Source: a bacterium
Lineage (GTDB): Bacteria; UBA8248; JACPRG01; G963555815
Assembly (NCBI GenBank): GCA_965261595.1
Contig: CBDHDG010000006.1
Location: 544,001-608,000, forward strand
Direction of reading: 5' to 3'
DNA length: 64,000 nt
Position 1 is the stretch's first letter, and each line of letters starts with the position of its first letter. Shown here in pieces: positions 25,390 to 36,711 of this stretch. A program made the position numbers and the translations under genes. Under the pieces are notes generated by a model that saw only the letters and a list, made by a program, of their open reading frames with translations, had not been told where the DNA came from and did not search any database.

Positions 25390-25429
25390 GGATTTCGCGC
25401 GTCGGGGCCGTAGAGCCGGCCCCGGCGGG

Positions 25430-26875
25430 TCACAGGATGTACCGGCTGTAGTCCTCGTCCTGGACAACGTCGGCGAGGCGTTCCTGGACGTAGGCGGCGT
25501 CGATGGCGACCTCCTTGTCTTCCATGTCGGACGCTTCGAAGGAGATCTCTTCCAGGAGGCGCTCCATGATGGTGTGCAGGCGGCGGGCGCCGATGTTCTC
25601 GGTCCGGCCGTTCACCTGGGCCGCCAGGCGGGCCACTTCCCGGATGGCCTCGGGCGCGAAATCGAGGGTCATCCCCTCGGTCGCCAGAAGCTCGGTGTAC
25701 TGCCGGATGAGGGCGTTCTCCGGCTCGGTGAGGATGCGGACGAACTCGTCCTCGCCCAGGGCCTCGAGCTCGACCCGGATGGGGAAGCGCCCCTGAAGCT
25801 CCGGGATCAGGTCCGAGGGCTTGGACATGTGAAAGGCCCCGGCCGCGATGAACAGGATGTGGTCGGTCCGGACGGGCCCGTACTTCGTGGGGACGGTGGA
25901 GCCTTCCACGATGGGCAGGATGTCGCGCTGGACCCCTTCCCGGGAAATGTCGGCCCCGTGGGCCTGGCCGCGGCTCGCCACCTTGTCCAGCTCGTCGATG
26001 AACACAATGCCCGATTCCTCGACCCGCTCGACGGCCTCCAGGACGACCTTGTCCTTGTCGACCAGCTTCGCGGTCTCCTCCTCCACGAAGAGCTTCAGGG
26101 CCTCGGGCACCTTGACCTTCTGGACCTTCTTCTTCTCCGGGAGGATATTGCCGAGCATCTCCTTGAGGTTGATGTCCAGGTCCTCGAGACCCGCGCCCGG
26201 CATGACACCGATGACCGGAGAGACCTGAAGGGTCGTCTCGATCTCGATCTGCCGGTCGTCCAGCTTGCCCGCGAAGAGCAGATCCCGGAGCTTTTCCCGC
26301 GTGTTCCGGCCGCTGGAGACGGGAGGGGGGGGAGGGGGGGGCGGCGGGTCCCGCGGGGGGGTCTCGGGACCGATGTAGTCGAACCGCTGCCCCCCGTTCC
26401 CTTCGCCGGCGAGCCGTTCGCTCTTCTCCCACCGGGCCGCCTCAAGGATTTCCCGCTCGCCGTTGGGGAGCAAGGCGTCCAACAGCCGCTCCAGCGCCAG
26501 ATCCTTCGCCCGGGTCTCGACGTCTTTGCGGTGCTCCGCCTCCACGGTGTTCATCGCGTTGGCGACCAGGTCGCGGATCATGCTCTCCACGTCCCGGCCC
26601 ACGTACCCGACCTCCGTGTACTTGGTGGCCTCGACCTTGATGAAGGGGCTCTTGGCCATCCGGGCCAGGCGCCGGGCGATCTCCGTCTTGCCCACGCCGG
26701 TGGGTCCGATCATGATGATGTTCTTCGGCGACACTTCCTCGCGGAGCTCAGGGCCGAGCCGGCGCCGGCGCCAGCGGTTCCGCAGGGCGACGGCCACGGC
26801 GCACTTGGCGTTTTTCTGGCCGATGATGTACCGGTCCAGCTCTTCGACGATCTGCCGGGGGGTCATGTCTTCCAT
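25430..26875 (-). CDS. hslU: ATP-dependent protease ATPase subunit HslU
   Basis: [44 protein letters not shown]. Confidence 0.97.
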   Translation of the reverse strand: MEDMTPRQIVEELDRYIIGQKNAKCAVAVALRNRWRRRRLGPELREEVSPKNIIMIGPTGVGKTEIARRLARMAKSPFIKVEATKYTEVGYVGRDVESMIRDLVANAMNTVEAEHRKDVETRAKDLALERLLDALLPNGEREILEAARWEKSERLAGEGNGGQRFDYIGPETPPRDPPPPPPPPPVSSGRNTREKLRDLLFAGKLDDRQIEIETTLQVSPVIGVMPGAGLEDLDINLKEMLGNILPEKKKVQKVKVPEALKLFVEEETAKLVDKDKVVLEAVERVEESGIVFIDELDKVASRGQAHGADISREGVQRDILPIVEGSTVPTKYGPVRTDHILFIAAGAFHMSKPSDLIPELQGRFPIRVELEALGEDEFVRILTEPENALIRQYTELLATEGMTLDFAPEAIREVARLAAQVNGRTENIGARRLHTIMERLLEEISFEASDMEDKEVAIDAAYVQERLADVVQDEDYSRYIL

Positions 26876-26876
26876 A

Positions 26877-27404
26877 TCACAGGGTCTCGACGCGGATTTC
26901 CGTGTTGGTGTAAACACAGATCGCCGCCGCCTCCAGCATGGCCTCCCGGGCGATGGCCTCCGCCCCGAGGTCGGTGTGCTTGCGCAAGGCCCGGGCCGCG
27001 GCCAGGGCATAGGCCCCTCCGGAGCCGATGGCCATGATGCCGTCGTCCGGCTCGATCAGATCGCCGGTCCCGGAGATGAGGAAGGTGTTGTCCCGATCCG
27101 AGACGGCCAGGAGGGCCTCCAGCCGCCGGAGCACGCGGTCGGTCCGCCAGTCTTTGGCCAGCTCGACGGCGGCCCGGGGCAGGTTGCCGTGATACTCGTC
27201 CAGCCGGCCCTCGAATTTTTCGAACAAGGCGAGGGCGTCCGCCGCCGACCCGGCGAACCCCGCGAGGACCTGGTCCTTGTAAAGCCTGCGGATCTTCGAC
27301 GCCTGGTTCTTCATGACCTGCTTCCCCACCGTGACCTGGCCGTCGCCCGCCATGGCGACCTGGTCGTCCCGGCGAATGGAGATAATGGTCGTCGAGCGGA
27401 TCAT
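26877..27404 (-). CDS. hslV: ATP-dependent protease subunit HslV
   Basis: STTI (N-terminal Thr), [26 protein letters not shown]. Confidence 0.97.
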   Translation of the reverse strand: MIRSTTIISIRRDDQVAMAGDGQVTVGKQVMKNQASKIRRLYKDQVLAGFAGSAADALALFEKFEGRLDEYHGNLPRAAVELAKDWRTDRVLRRLEALLAVSDRDNTFLISGTGDLIEPDDGIMAIGSGGAYALAAARALRKHTDLGAEAIAREAMLEAAAICVYTNTEIRVETL

Positions 27405-28402
27405 GTTTCGCCCTCATCCTCCGGTGCGGGACGCCGCGCCGGAGGCCCGCGTCTTCGGCCCCGGTCCTTCAGCGCCCGCGGGTGGGATTTATCGTACACC
27501 TCGAAAAGCCGGTCCACGGCCACGTGGGTGTATTTCTGCGTCGTCGAGAGGGAACTGTGCCCCAGCATCTCTTGGATGTCCCGCAGGTTCGCGCCCGCCT
27601 CCAGCAGATGGGTCGCCATGGAGTGGCGGAGGGTGTGCGGAGACGCCTTTCCGGGCAGCCCGAGCTCCCGCATGCGCTTCGCCAGCAGGTCGCGGACCCA
27701 CTGGCCGCTGAGCCGGCTACCCCGCCGGTTGACGAAGAGGGGGGCGTCCGCCCCCTCGTCCCGCGCGCCCAGCGACGGCCGGGCCTTCAGGTAATCTTCG
27801 AGGGCGGCCCGGGCCTTGCGCCCGACCGGGACGAGCCGCTCCTTGGACCCCTTCCCGTGGACGCGAAGCATCCCCTCTGCGAGATCCAGGGACCTGAGGT
27901 TCGCGCCGACCAGCTCGCTGACACGCACACCCGTCGAGTATAACATTTCCCACATCGCCTGGTTGCGGAGCGCGAGGGCCGGATTCGATAACGGCCGGGG
28001 CGCCGGGGAATCCATCAGCCGAAAGGTCTCGTCCACCGTGAGCGTGCGGGGGATGCGGGACTCTTTCCGGGGCATCGGGATCCCCGACACGGGGTCCGGC
28101 CCGGAAAACCCCTCCCGGCGCGCCTGGCGGAAACAGCCGCGCAGCGTGCTCAGCTTGCGGGAAACGGTGGACGCCCGGTTTCCGCGCCGGTGAAGATGCG
28201 CCAAGTAGCTCCGGATGTCCAAGCGGTCGATCTCGGCGAGCGCGGGATCGGGACGCGCGTCCGCCCGCAGGAAGATCTCGAAGTCCTTCAAGTCGCGCAG
28301 GTAATTTCTCAAGGTGTGGGGGGAGACGTTCTTTTCCAGGCGAAGATATCGCTCGAAGGAGCGAATCGCGCCGCTCAGTCGAAGGGCAGGCATTTCCGCC
28401 AT
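27401..28402 (-). CDS. xerC: Tyrosine recombinase XerC
   Basis: [53 protein letters not shown]; trmFO-xerC-hslVU synteny. Confidence 0.93.
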   Translation of the reverse strand: MAEMPALRLSGAIRSFERYLRLEKNVSPHTLRNYLRDLKDFEIFLRADARPDPALAEIDRLDIRSYLAHLHRRGNRASTVSRKLSTLRGCFRQARREGFSGPDPVSGIPMPRKESRIPRTLTVDETFRLMDSPAPRPLSNPALALRNQAMWEMLYSTGVRVSELVGANLRSLDLAEGMLRVHGKGSKERLVPVGRKARAALEDYLKARPSLGARDEGADAPLFVNRRGSRLSGQWVRDLLAKRMRELGLPGKASPHTLRHSMATHLLEAGANLRDIQEMLGHSSLSTTQKYTHVAVDRLFEVYDKSHPRALKDRGRRRGPPARRPAPEDEGET

Positions 28403-29709
28403 TCATTCAGCTCCTTCAACGCCCGGTCGGCGACCCGCCGCCTGCGGTCCTCTCTGGACCCTTTCTTGGGGACAGGGGGCAGAAGACCGTAATGAATGTT
28501 CACGGGCTGAAAATTCTTTTCGTCCGCTCCGGTGATGTAGGCGACCAGCGCCCCCAGGGCGGTGGCGGCCGGGGGGGGAGGGAGGGGCGATGGATCGGGA
28601 AGGCGATCGGCCCGGACCCGGGCCACGGCGTTCAGACCGGCCAACAGGCCCATGGCGGCCGACTCGAGGTATCCCTCGACGCCCGTGATCTGCCCGGCGA
28701 TGAACAACCGGGGCGCATCGCGCATCTGAAGACTCGGGAGCAGGAGCGCCGGGGCGTTCAGGAACGTGTTGCGATGGATGCTCCCGTACCGGAAGAAGAC
28801 GGCTTCCCCCATTCCCGGAAGCGAGCGGAACACCCGCCTCTGCTCGGGATAGGTCATCTTGGTTTGAAACCCGACCAGGTTGTAGGCCGAGCCGGCCGTG
28901 TTTTCGCGCCGGAGCTGCACAACGGCGTGGTAAGCGCCCTCGCGCTTCGGGTCGATCAGGCCGACGGGCCTCATCGGGCCGTACGCCAGGGTCTCCTCGC
29001 CGCGCTCCGCCAGCACCTCGATGGGCAGGCAACCCTCGAAATACTTTTTGGCCTCGAAAGCGTGGAGGGGAACCTTCTCAGCGTCCAGGAGGTTTTGGTG
29101 AAATGCGCGGTACGCCTCTCGGGATAGACCGAGGTTCAGATAGCCGTCGTCCCCGCCCTTTCCGTACCGGGAGGCGAAAAAAGCCACGTCATAATCGATG
29201 GATTCTCCATCCACGATGGGCGAGACGGCGTCGTAGAAGTAGAGGTGTTCGCGGCGGGTGATCCGGCCCAGCGCCTCGGCCAGGTCCGGCGACGTGAGGG
29301 GGCCCGTCGCGAGAATGACGGGGTCTCCGGGCGGAATGGTCCGGACCTCCTCCCGCACGACGGAGATGCGGGGATGCCCATCGATGCGCCGGGTCACTTC
29401 GCGGGCGAATTCCTCCCGGTTGACCGCCAACGCCTGGCCGGCGGGGACCCGCGTCGCGTCGGCCGCCTGAAGGATCAGCGAGTCGAAGGCGCGGAGCTCG
29501 GCCTTCAAGAGACCCGAAGCGGTGGCGAGGGAGTCGGCTTTGAGGGAGTTGCTGCAAACGGGCTCGGCGAGGTCGGGGGTCTTGTGGGCCGGGGTGTTCC
29601 GGACCGGGCGCATCTCGTACAGGGTGACGGCGACTCCCCGCTCCGCCACCTGCCAGGCGGCTTCCACTCCGGCGAAGCCCCCTCCGACAATGGTGACCGA
29701 ATCGGTCAC
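28375..29709 (-). CDS. trmFO: FAD/folate-dependent tRNA (uracil-5)-methyltransferase
   Basis: GGGFAGVEAA, VCSNS, YFYDAVSPI, YFEGCLPIE, AGQITGVEGY; GTG start overlapping topA stop. Confidence 0.95.
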   Translation of the reverse strand: MTDSVTIVGGGFAGVEAAWQVAERGVAVTLYEMRPVRNTPAHKTPDLAEPVCSNSLKADSLATASGLLKAELRAFDSLILQAADATRVPAGQALAVNREEFAREVTRRIDGHPRISVVREEVRTIPPGDPVILATGPLTSPDLAEALGRITRREHLYFYDAVSPIVDGESIDYDVAFFASRYGKGGDDGYLNLGLSREAYRAFHQNLLDAEKVPLHAFEAKKYFEGCLPIEVLAERGEETLAYGPMRPVGLIDPKREGAYHAVVQLRRENTAGSAYNLVGFQTKMTYPEQRRVFRSLPGMGEAVFFRYGSIHRNTFLNAPALLLPSLQMRDAPRLFIAGQITGVEGYLESAAMGLLAGLNAVARVRADRLPDPSPLPPPPAATALGALVAYITGADEKNFQPVNIHYGLLPPVPKKGSREDRRRRVADRALKELNEWRKCLPFD

Positions 29710-31985
29710 GTCCCTCCTTCCGGGGCGGTCTCCTCCCCGCCGGCGTGGACCGGGGGAGCGGGCGTCACCCCCACCATCTCCCAATTCTCGGGGAGCGATT
29801 CGGTGTGATCGCACTCCTTATCAGGGCAGCGAAGCTCCCGCCGCTGGACGACCAGATAGGGCGATTCGCAGACCGGACAGGCCATCGGATAGGGGCGGGA
29901 CCAGGTCACGAAGTCGCAGTCCGGATATTTCGCGCAGCCGTAGAAGCTTCGGCCCTTCTTGGAGCGCCGGGAGACGATGTCTCCGCCGCACTTGGGGCAG
30001 GAGACCCCGGTGGGGATGGGCTTGGCGTTCTTGCAGTCGGGATACGCCGAGCAGGACAGAAACGCCCCGAACCTCCCGTTCTTGATGACCATGGGCTTCC
30101 CGCATTTCTCGCACACCTGATCCGTTTCGATGACGGGCGCGGCCTCGCGGTTATTCGTGGACTCGGTGTATTTGCAGTCCGGATAGTTGGAGCACCCGAT
30201 GAACATCCCGTACCGGCTGGGTCTTTTCGCAAGCTCGCCGCCGCAATCGGGGCACTTGCGGCCGATGGGCTCGGGTTCGTTCAGGGTCTTTTCGGCCCGG
30301 TCCAGATCCTTTTCAAAGGGGTCGTAGAAATCCTTCAGGGTTTGGACCCAGTTTTCCTTCCCATCTTCGATGGAATCCAGACGGCTCTCCATTTCGGCGG
30401 TGAATCCCACGTTCATCAGGTTGGAGAAGTTCTTCACCAAAAGGTCCGAGATCATCCGCCCCAGATCGGTCGGATGCATCTGCCTTTTCTCCAGGCGAAC
30501 GTAATCCCGGTCGGTCAATGTGCCGATGATGGAGGCGTACGTGCTCGGCCGTCCGATCCCCTTTTCTTCCAGAACGCGGACCAGGCCGGCCTCGCTGAAC
30601 CGGGGCGGGGGCTGCGTGAAGTGCTGCTTGGGGACAAGCGCTTCGCAGCGCACGCCCTGGTCCTCTTGCAGGGGCGGCAGCGGGCGGTTCTCCTCCTTCG
30701 AGGCTTCGTCGGTTTGCTCCTCGTACACCCGGGTGAAACCGGGAAAAAGGAGAACGGAGCCGGTCGCGCGAAATTGGTAGGTTCCCGCCTGGATGTCCAC
30801 CGCTGTCTGGTCGTAAACCGCGGGATTCATCTGGGAGGCCAAGAACCGGTTCCAGATAAGACGGTAGAGCGCAAGCTGATCTTTGCTTAACCGGCCTTCC
30901 AGCGTAGCGGGGGCCCGCGACGCCGAGGTCGGGCGGACGGCCTCATGGGCGTCCTGCGCGCCCTTCCTCGACGCGTAGACCTGGGCCTTGCCGGGCAGGT
31001 AGTCCGGGCCGAACTCACTCGTGATGAATTCGCGCGCCTCGACCAGCGCCTCCTCGGCGATACGGGTGGAATCGGTCCGCATGTAAGTGATCAGCCCGAC
31101 CGGACCCTCCTCCCCCAGGTCCATCCCCTCATAGAGCTGCTGGGCGATGGCCATGGTCTTCCGGGCGGTGAAACGCAGACGCCGGGAGGCGTCCTGCTGG
31201 AGGGTGGAAGTGATAAACGGGGGAAAGGGCTTGCGGCGGCGCTTTTTTCGATCGACCTTGGCGACCCGATATTCCGCTCCCTCCAGCTCGGCCAGGATCT
31301 CCTGGGACCGGGCCTCGTTCGGGATTTCCGCCTTTTTCCCGTCGATCCGGTGCAGGGCCGCCTCGAACGCCGGGGGGGCGTCGGCCGCCATCCGGGCGGT
31401 GAGGGTCCAGTATTCCACCGGAACGAACTTTTCAATCTCGGCTTCGCGGTCGCAGATGATACGCAGGGCGACCGATTGGACGCGCCCGGCGCTCAGCCCC
31501 CAGTTTCGAAGGCGTCTGCCCAAGAGCGGACTCAGCTTATACCCCACCAGCCGATCCAGGACCCGGCGGGCCTGCTGGGCATCGACCTTGTTCCGGTCAA
31601 TCTCGCCGGGCCGCTCGACCGCCCGGGTCACGGCCTGTTTGGTGATCTCGTTGAAGGTGATCCGGTAGATCTTGGCCTTGGTGACAGACTTGATCTCCTG
31701 CTCGATATGCCAGGCGATGGCCTCCCCTTCCCGGTCGGGGTCCGGCGCCAGGTAGATGGCGTCGCTTTTGGCGGCGGCCGCCTTGAGCTCGGCCAGGACC
31801 TTGGTCTTCCCCTCGATGACTTCGTATTGGGGGGTGAAGCCGTTCTCGACGTCCACGCCCAGTTTTTTGGGCGGGAGATCCCTCAAATGCCCCACCGAGG
31901 CGGCGACGCGGAATCCCTTGTCCAGGAATTTCTTGAGGGTGGCGGCCTTGGCGGGAGACTCGACGATCAGTAGGGGGTCTGCCAT
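29706..31985 (-). CDS. topA: DNA topoisomerase I with three C-terminal C4 zinc ribbons
   Basis: IVESPAKA, DPDREGE, SAGRVQS, ITYMRTDS, GIGRPSTYA. Confidence 0.97.
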   Translation of the reverse strand: MADPLLIVESPAKAATLKKFLDKGFRVAASVGHLRDLPPKKLGVDVENGFTPQYEVIEGKTKVLAELKAAAAKSDAIYLAPDPDREGEAIAWHIEQEIKSVTKAKIYRITFNEITKQAVTRAVERPGEIDRNKVDAQQARRVLDRLVGYKLSPLLGRRLRNWGLSAGRVQSVALRIICDREAEIEKFVPVEYWTLTARMAADAPPAFEAALHRIDGKKAEIPNEARSQEILAELEGAEYRVAKVDRKKRRRKPFPPFITSTLQQDASRRLRFTARKTMAIAQQLYEGMDLGEEGPVGLITYMRTDSTRIAEEALVEAREFITSEFGPDYLPGKAQVYASRKGAQDAHEAVRPTSASRAPATLEGRLSKDQLALYRLIWNRFLASQMNPAVYDQTAVDIQAGTYQFRATGSVLLFPGFTRVYEEQTDEASKEENRPLPPLQEDQGVRCEALVPKQHFTQPPPRFSEAGLVRVLEEKGIGRPSTYASIIGTLTDRDYVRLEKRQMHPTDLGRMISDLLVKNFSNLMNVGFTAEMESRLDSIEDGKENWVQTLKDFYDPFEKDLDRAEKTLNEPEPIGRKCPDCGGELAKRPSRYGMFIGCSNYPDCKYTESTNNREAAPVIETDQVCEKCGKPMVIKNGRFGAFLSCSAYPDCKNAKPIPTGVSCPKCGGDIVSRRSKKGRSFYGCAKYPDCDFVTWSRPYPMACPVCESPYLVVQRRELRCPDKECDHTESLPENWEMVGVTPAPPVHAGGEETAPEGGT

Positions 31986-31987
31986 GG

Positions 31988-32461
31988 TCAGTTCAAAAAG
32001 CTCCTGTTTTCAGAATTGAGAAACCGGATGAGATCGGTCTGCCAGTGCTTCTGCGAGCGGTGAAAGGCCACGAGCAACGCCATGGCCCGAACATCATCGC
32101 GGGTGATCTCGCCCTCCACCAGGCTGAGGGCCCTTTGGATGATTTCCTCGCGCATGGAATCGTCGATCAGCCCCATCTGATGGAGCTGAAGGAGACACCC
32201 GCCGGCTTCGACCGTAAAGGCCAGATGCTCTTCGTCGCTGAACACCCGGAACGCCGCGCCGGTCCCCTCCCGTCCCTGGAACTCGTTCTCGCCCCAGGCC
32301 CCGAAATGATGAAGCCAATGGAAGGCCTCGGAAATCTCTTCGGCGTCGAAGCCGTGAGAGCGGAGCATCTCGGCCATCTCCGGCTCGTAAAACGAGACTG
32401 TGCTGTCCTTGAGAAGGTGCTCAATGATCAGGTTCACCATGTGGAACATTCGCTCACGCAT
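31988..32461 (-). CDS. smg: Smg/DUF494 family protein
   Basis: GF..EI..AF.WL, RVFSDEE, REEII.RA; dprA-smg-topA order. Confidence 0.8.
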   Translation of the reverse strand: MRERMFHMVNLIIEHLLKDSTVSFYEPEMAEMLRSHGFDAEEISEAFHWLHHFGAWGENEFQGREGTGAAFRVFSDEEHLAFTVEAGGCLLQLHQMGLIDDSMREEIIQRALSLVEGEITRDDVRAMALLVAFHRSQKHWQTDLIRFLNSENRSFLN

Positions 32462-32499
32462 CGGAATCGGCTCTCCCGCTCGGCGTCCATGCGCCCGGT

Positions 32500-33678
32500 T
32501 CAGGCCCTCGCGAACACCTTCCCCGGATACTGTCGAATCAGCCCCTTGAGCTCGAGGGCCATCAAGGCCCCGGAAACCTCCGCCGCGCCCAGGCGGCTCT
32601 CCGTGATCAACTGCTCGATCTGTTTGTCGTCTTCGGAGAGCAGACCGAAGATTTTCGCCTCGTCACCGGCCAGAAACGGCTCCGCGGCGTCCCCGCCCTC
32701 CCCTCCCCCCCCCCCGGCCCCGGGCCGGCTCAGGCGGGCGGTCCATTCAGGAGAAAGCTGCGCGATGATGTCTTCGGCGGATTCCACCAAGGCGGCGCCC
32801 TCCCGCAGGAGCCGGTGCGCGCCTTTGCTCTTGTCCGAATCGGCCCGCCCCGGAACGGCCATCACTTCGCGACCCTGCTCCGCCGCCAGGCGCCCCGTGA
32901 TCAACGCGCCGCTCCGCTCGGCGGCCTCGACCACGACCGTTCCGGCACTCAAGCCGCTGATGATGCGGTTGCGCTGCGGAAAGTGCCGGGCCAGCGGCGG
33001 GTCTTCCAGGGGCCGTTCGCTGATGACCGCACCCTTTTCGATTATGGCGTCCTGCAACGCCGTCGCCTCGGGCGGATAAACGCGGGAGAGACCGCATCCG
33101 GCCACGGCCACCGTCCGTCCGCCGCCCTCCAAGGCCCCCTCGTGGGCCGCGATGTCGATCCCCCGGGCCATTCCGCTAACAACGGTGCAACCCCTTTGCG
33201 CGAGGTCGCGGCCCAAAATCCTAGCCATCCGGCGTCCATAGCTTGTGGGCCGCCGGGCGCCGACGACGGCGACCGGGCATCCCTCCTCGGCGAGCAGCCG
33301 GCCCAACACATAGAGGACCGGGGGCGGATCGTAAATCTCCCGGAGCTGGACGGGGTACTCCCCTTCGTCCTCCACGGTCCGGATGCGGACCCCGAGCCCG
33401 TCGGCGCGCTGAAATTCAGCCTCCAAAGCGGCCTCCCAGGAAAAAGAGGCCAGCCGGGCGGCCGCTTTGGGGGAAAGCCCGCCGCGGCGCTGCAACGTTT
33501 CGGTGTCCGCCCGCATAACCTCGCGGGGATCCCCGAAGGCGTCCGAGAGGCTTCTGATCTGGGCGGAAGCAAAGCCCGGCGCCAGGTTCAGCATAATCCA
33601 GGCCGCCCGCTTCTCGGGATCCGCCAACCAGCCCTCTCCCTTTCCGGAGACCCATCGAACCGCGGGGTACCCGCCCAC
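32500..33678 (-). CDS. dprA: DNA-processing protein DprA
   Basis: YP..L.EIYDPPPVLY, VSGMARGID, FPQRNRIISGL, SGALIT, winged-helix tail; start uncertain. Confidence 0.95.
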   Translation of the reverse strand: MGGYPAVRWVSGKGEGWLADPEKRAAWIMLNLAPGFASAQIRSLSDAFGDPREVMRADTETLQRRGGLSPKAAARLASFSWEAALEAEFQRADGLGVRIRTVEDEGEYPVQLREIYDPPPVLYVLGRLLAEEGCPVAVVGARRPTSYGRRMARILGRDLAQRGCTVVSGMARGIDIAAHEGALEGGGRTVAVAGCGLSRVYPPEATALQDAIIEKGAVISERPLEDPPLARHFPQRNRIISGLSAGTVVVEAAERSGALITGRLAAEQGREVMAVPGRADSDKSKGAHRLLREGAALVESAEDIIAQLSPEWTARLSRPGAGGGGGEGGDAAEPFLAGDEAKIFGLLSEDDKQIEQLITESRLGAAEVSGALMALELKGLIRQYPGKVFARA

Positions 33679-33748
33679 TCGCTCCGCCGGGCCTTGAATC
33701 AGGCGGGTCCGCCCCGCTCAACGCGGGGCCGATGGCAATCGGCGACCA

Positions 33749-33777
33749 TATATAAGATGGGCGTTTTAGGGTGTCAA
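33749..33777 (-). promoter_or_regulatory. Putative sigma70 promoter for the dprA-smg-topA operon
   Basis: TTGACA-N17-TATATA on - strand. Confidence 0.55.
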
Positions 33778-33797
33778 GCAGGCCGGCCGTCGGGTCT

Positions 33798-35315
33798 TCA
33801 AAAGGGGAGCACCTCGAAACCTTCCTGGTGGAGACCCTTGTCCGCCTTTACGGAGACCCGGATGTCGAGATCGCGCTCGAGGCGCTCCAGGTGGGCGCTC
33901 TGATCCTCCAGCAATAGATCCACGACCGCGGGGTGGGCGTTGACCTTTAATTTCCGGGACCGCGAATCGTGGGTGTGCACCCGCCTGAGCTCCCGGAGGA
34001 TTTCATAGCAGACGGTGGTCGTGGACTTGATGATCCCCCGGCCGTCGCAATAGGCGCAGGACTGGCAGAGGGTCCGGCTGAGGCTGTCCCGAACCCTTTT
34101 TCGGGTCATCTCGACCAGCCCCATTTCTGAGATTTTCAGGATGCGGGTCCTGGATCGGTCGGACTTGAGCTCCTGAGCCAGGGTCTCGAAGACCTTTTCC
34201 TTGTTCTCCTCGCGCTCCATGTCGATGAAATCGATGATGATGATTCCGCCGATGTTCCGCAACCGGATCTGGAAGACCGCTTCCCGCACGGCTTCCATGT
34301 TGGTCTTGAGGATGGTCTCTTCCGGATCGCGTTTGCCCACAAACCGGCCGGTGTTGACGTCGATGCTGACGAGGGCCTCGGTCTGATCGATGACGATGTA
34401 GCCGCCGGACTTGAGCCAGACCCGACGGCCCAGGGCGCGCTCGATCTCGAGCTCGACGCCATAGGCGTCGAAGATGGGCTCCTGTCCGTCGTGGAGGACA
34501 ATGCGCGGGGCCAGGTGCGGGTAGTAGCTCTCGACGAACTCCAAGGTCTTGGCGTGGACCTCCGGGGCATCGATCACCATTTGCGAGATGCCTTCGCTGA
34601 ACAAGTCCCGAATCATCCGCAAAACCAAATTCAGGTCGTCATGGATGATGTTCGGGGATTTCACCGATTCACCGGTTTCCCGGGTTCGACTCCACAGCGT
34701 GGTCAGGAAGCGGATGTCGCTCTCGAACTCCGTCTCGGTGACCCCTTCGCTCACCGTGCGGACGATATACCCCCCGCCGTTTCCCTTGAGGCGGCGAACC
34801 AGCTTTTTCAGCCGTTTCCGCTCGACCTCGTCCTCAATCCGGCGGGAGACGCCGATCTGGTCCCCGGTCGGCATGAAGACGAGATAGCGGCCCGGAAGGG
34901 AAATGTAGGAGGTGATCCTGCACCCTTTGGTTCCGATGGGCTCCTTGGTGACCTGGACCATGACGTCTTCCCCGCTGCGGAGGAGGTCTTCGATGGGCTG
35001 GGAGGGGGCTCGCCGGCCCCGATCCCGGCGCTCGTATTCAATCTCCAGGTCTTCGCTCTGCTCCAGGAAGCCCTCGAGGTTGTCCCGGTCGACGTCCACG
35101 TCGGCTACGTAGAGGAAACCGGCCTTTTCAAGGCCGATGTCGACAAAGGCCGCCTGCATGCCCGGCAGAACCTTCGTGACCTTTCCTTTATAGATGTTGC
35201 CGACAATCCCCTCGTCCTGCTTGCGCTCGATGTAGAGCTCGGTGACAAGGTTGTTTTCCAGCAGGGCGACCCGGCTTTCCTGGGGTTCTACGTTGACGAT
35301 GAGTTTGGAAGGCAT
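33798..35315 (-). CDS. rng: Ribonuclease G (Rne/Rng family)
   Basis: GNIYKGKV..VLPGMQAAFVDIG S1 domain, DVNTG, LRNIGGIIIIDFIDM, CAYC; no long RNase E tail. Confidence 0.92.
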   Translation of the reverse strand: MPSKLIVNVEPQESRVALLENNLVTELYIERKQDEGIVGNIYKGKVTKVLPGMQAAFVDIGLEKAGFLYVADVDVDRDNLEGFLEQSEDLEIEYERRDRGRRAPSQPIEDLLRSGEDVMVQVTKEPIGTKGCRITSYISLPGRYLVFMPTGDQIGVSRRIEDEVERKRLKKLVRRLKGNGGGYIVRTVSEGVTETEFESDIRFLTTLWSRTRETGESVKSPNIIHDDLNLVLRMIRDLFSEGISQMVIDAPEVHAKTLEFVESYYPHLAPRIVLHDGQEPIFDAYGVELEIERALGRRVWLKSGGYIVIDQTEALVSIDVNTGRFVGKRDPEETILKTNMEAVREAVFQIRLRNIGGIIIIDFIDMEREENKEKVFETLAQELKSDRSRTRILKISEMGLVEMTRKRVRDSLSRTLCQSCAYCDGRGIIKSTTTVCYEILRELRRVHTHDSRSRKLKVNAHPAVVDLLLEDQSAHLERLERDLDIRVSVKADKGLHQEGFEVLPF

Positions 35316-35613
35316 GGCAGACAGGAAGAAAAAGGTTGGCTCGGACGTTCCCGGCCTCGCGGCGTCATCTCCGGCACGACCGTTTGGATTTGGTTTTCTG
35401 GTCTCGGAGGCCGTTTGAAAGGAGGCTCAATAGGTCGGGCCGGTCGAAAAGACCGTTGTCCCCCCCCCTCCAACCAACAACGCCCCCGGGCTGACGATCA
35501 GGCGCCGGCTCTTCGGAGCCCTGACCCTATAGATAGTTACCGCCCGCCTCCGAAATGTCAAGAAACGCCCGGGGGAACGGCCTCTCCCGCGGGACCCGGG
35601 CCATTTCCGGTTT

Positions 35614-36711
35614 TCAGAAACTGAACCGCCGCATCCGGATGTTCAGAAGCAAGCCGATCCCCAGCAGCGTCACCACACTGGACGAACCTCCATAGCTCAT
35701 CAGGGGAAGCGGGAGCCCGACGATGGGAAGCATGCCCGTCGTCATGGCGACATTGAGAACAACGTGCAGGCACAAATAGCCCACCACCCCGGCGGCCAAA
35801 ATCGACCCGAAGAAGTCCCGGGACCGGTAGGCGACGGCCAATCCCAGGACGATCAGGATCGAGAACAAACCCAACATCCACATCGAGCCGACGAACCCGA
35901 CCTCCTCCGCCAAAACCGCCAGGATGAAATCTGTGTGTTGCGCGGGAAGGAAGTGGAGCTGACTCTGCGTGCCCGCGAGCAACCCCTTTCCCAGCAGCCC
36001 GCCGGAGCCGATGGCGATTTTGGCTTGCAGGCTGTGGTAGCCGGCGCCCAAGGGGTCTCCCCCATGGATAACCGTCAAGATCCGTTCCTTCTGATAGCCC
36101 TTCAGAAAGAACCAGCCGACGGAGGTCGCGGCCACCGCGCCCACCGCCAGGATGATGCTCGTCCCGAAACGAAGACCGACAGTCGCCACCACCGTGAGAC
36201 CGATCAGGATGATGACCAGGGCCGTGCCCAGGTCCGGCTCTTTGGCCACCAGGGCGGCCGGAACCAGGATGATGGCGGCCGGGATCGCCAAGTCCCGGAG
36301 CCGCAGCAATCCCCTCTTTTCTTCGTTCGAAAAGTACCGGGCCAGCGCGATGATCACCGCCAGCTTGGCGAACTCGGAGGGTTGAACGCGGAGGGGGCCG
36401 AAGACGAGCCACCGCTGGGCCCCCCCGACGCTTCTGCCCCAAAGCGGAACCAGAATCAGGAGCACAACGGCCAGGCCGTAGAGCAGATAGGCATGGCGGT
36501 GAACGAGGCGGTAATCGGTGAAAAGCAGAATCGTGACGCCGAGCAGGCCGATCCCGAACCAGTAAAGCTGGCGAATGTAAAGACCCTCCAATCCCCCGCT
36601 CTTGGAATAGGTGGCGCTGTAAATCATGGTGACGCCCGTCGCGGCCAGGAGGAAGGTGACGAGGATGATTCCCCAATCCAGCTGGGCGAGGAGGCGGCGC
36701 TCGAACATCAC
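35614..36711 (-). CDS. rodA: Rod shape-determining protein RodA
   Basis: GAQRWL, QPSEFAK, EPDLGT, HTDFI..EE.GF, LPLMSYGGSS; follows mrdA. Confidence 0.96.
   Translation of the reverse strand: MMFERRLLAQLDWGIILVTFLLAATGVTMIYSATYSKSGGLEGLYIRQLYWFGIGLLGVTILLFTDYRLVHRHAYLLYGLAVVLLILVPLWGRSVGGAQRWLVFGPLRVQPSEFAKLAVIIALARYFSNEEKRGLLRLRDLAIPAAIILVPAALVAKEPDLGTALVIILIGLTVVATVGLRFGTSIILAVGAVAATSVGWFFLKGYQKERILTVIHGGDPLGAGYHSLQAKIAIGSGGLLGKGLLAGTQSQLHFLPAQHTDFILAVLAEEVGFVGSMWMLGLFSILIVLGLAVAYRSRDFFGSILAAGVVGYLCLHVVLNVAMTTGMLPIVGLPLPLMSYGGSSSVVTLLGIGLLLNIRMRRFSF

Noticed and set aside
27401..28402. Tyrosine recombinase as a phage or island integrase
   Set aside because: Typical XerC sequence in conserved topA-trmFO-xerC-hslVU context with overlapping stop/start codons.
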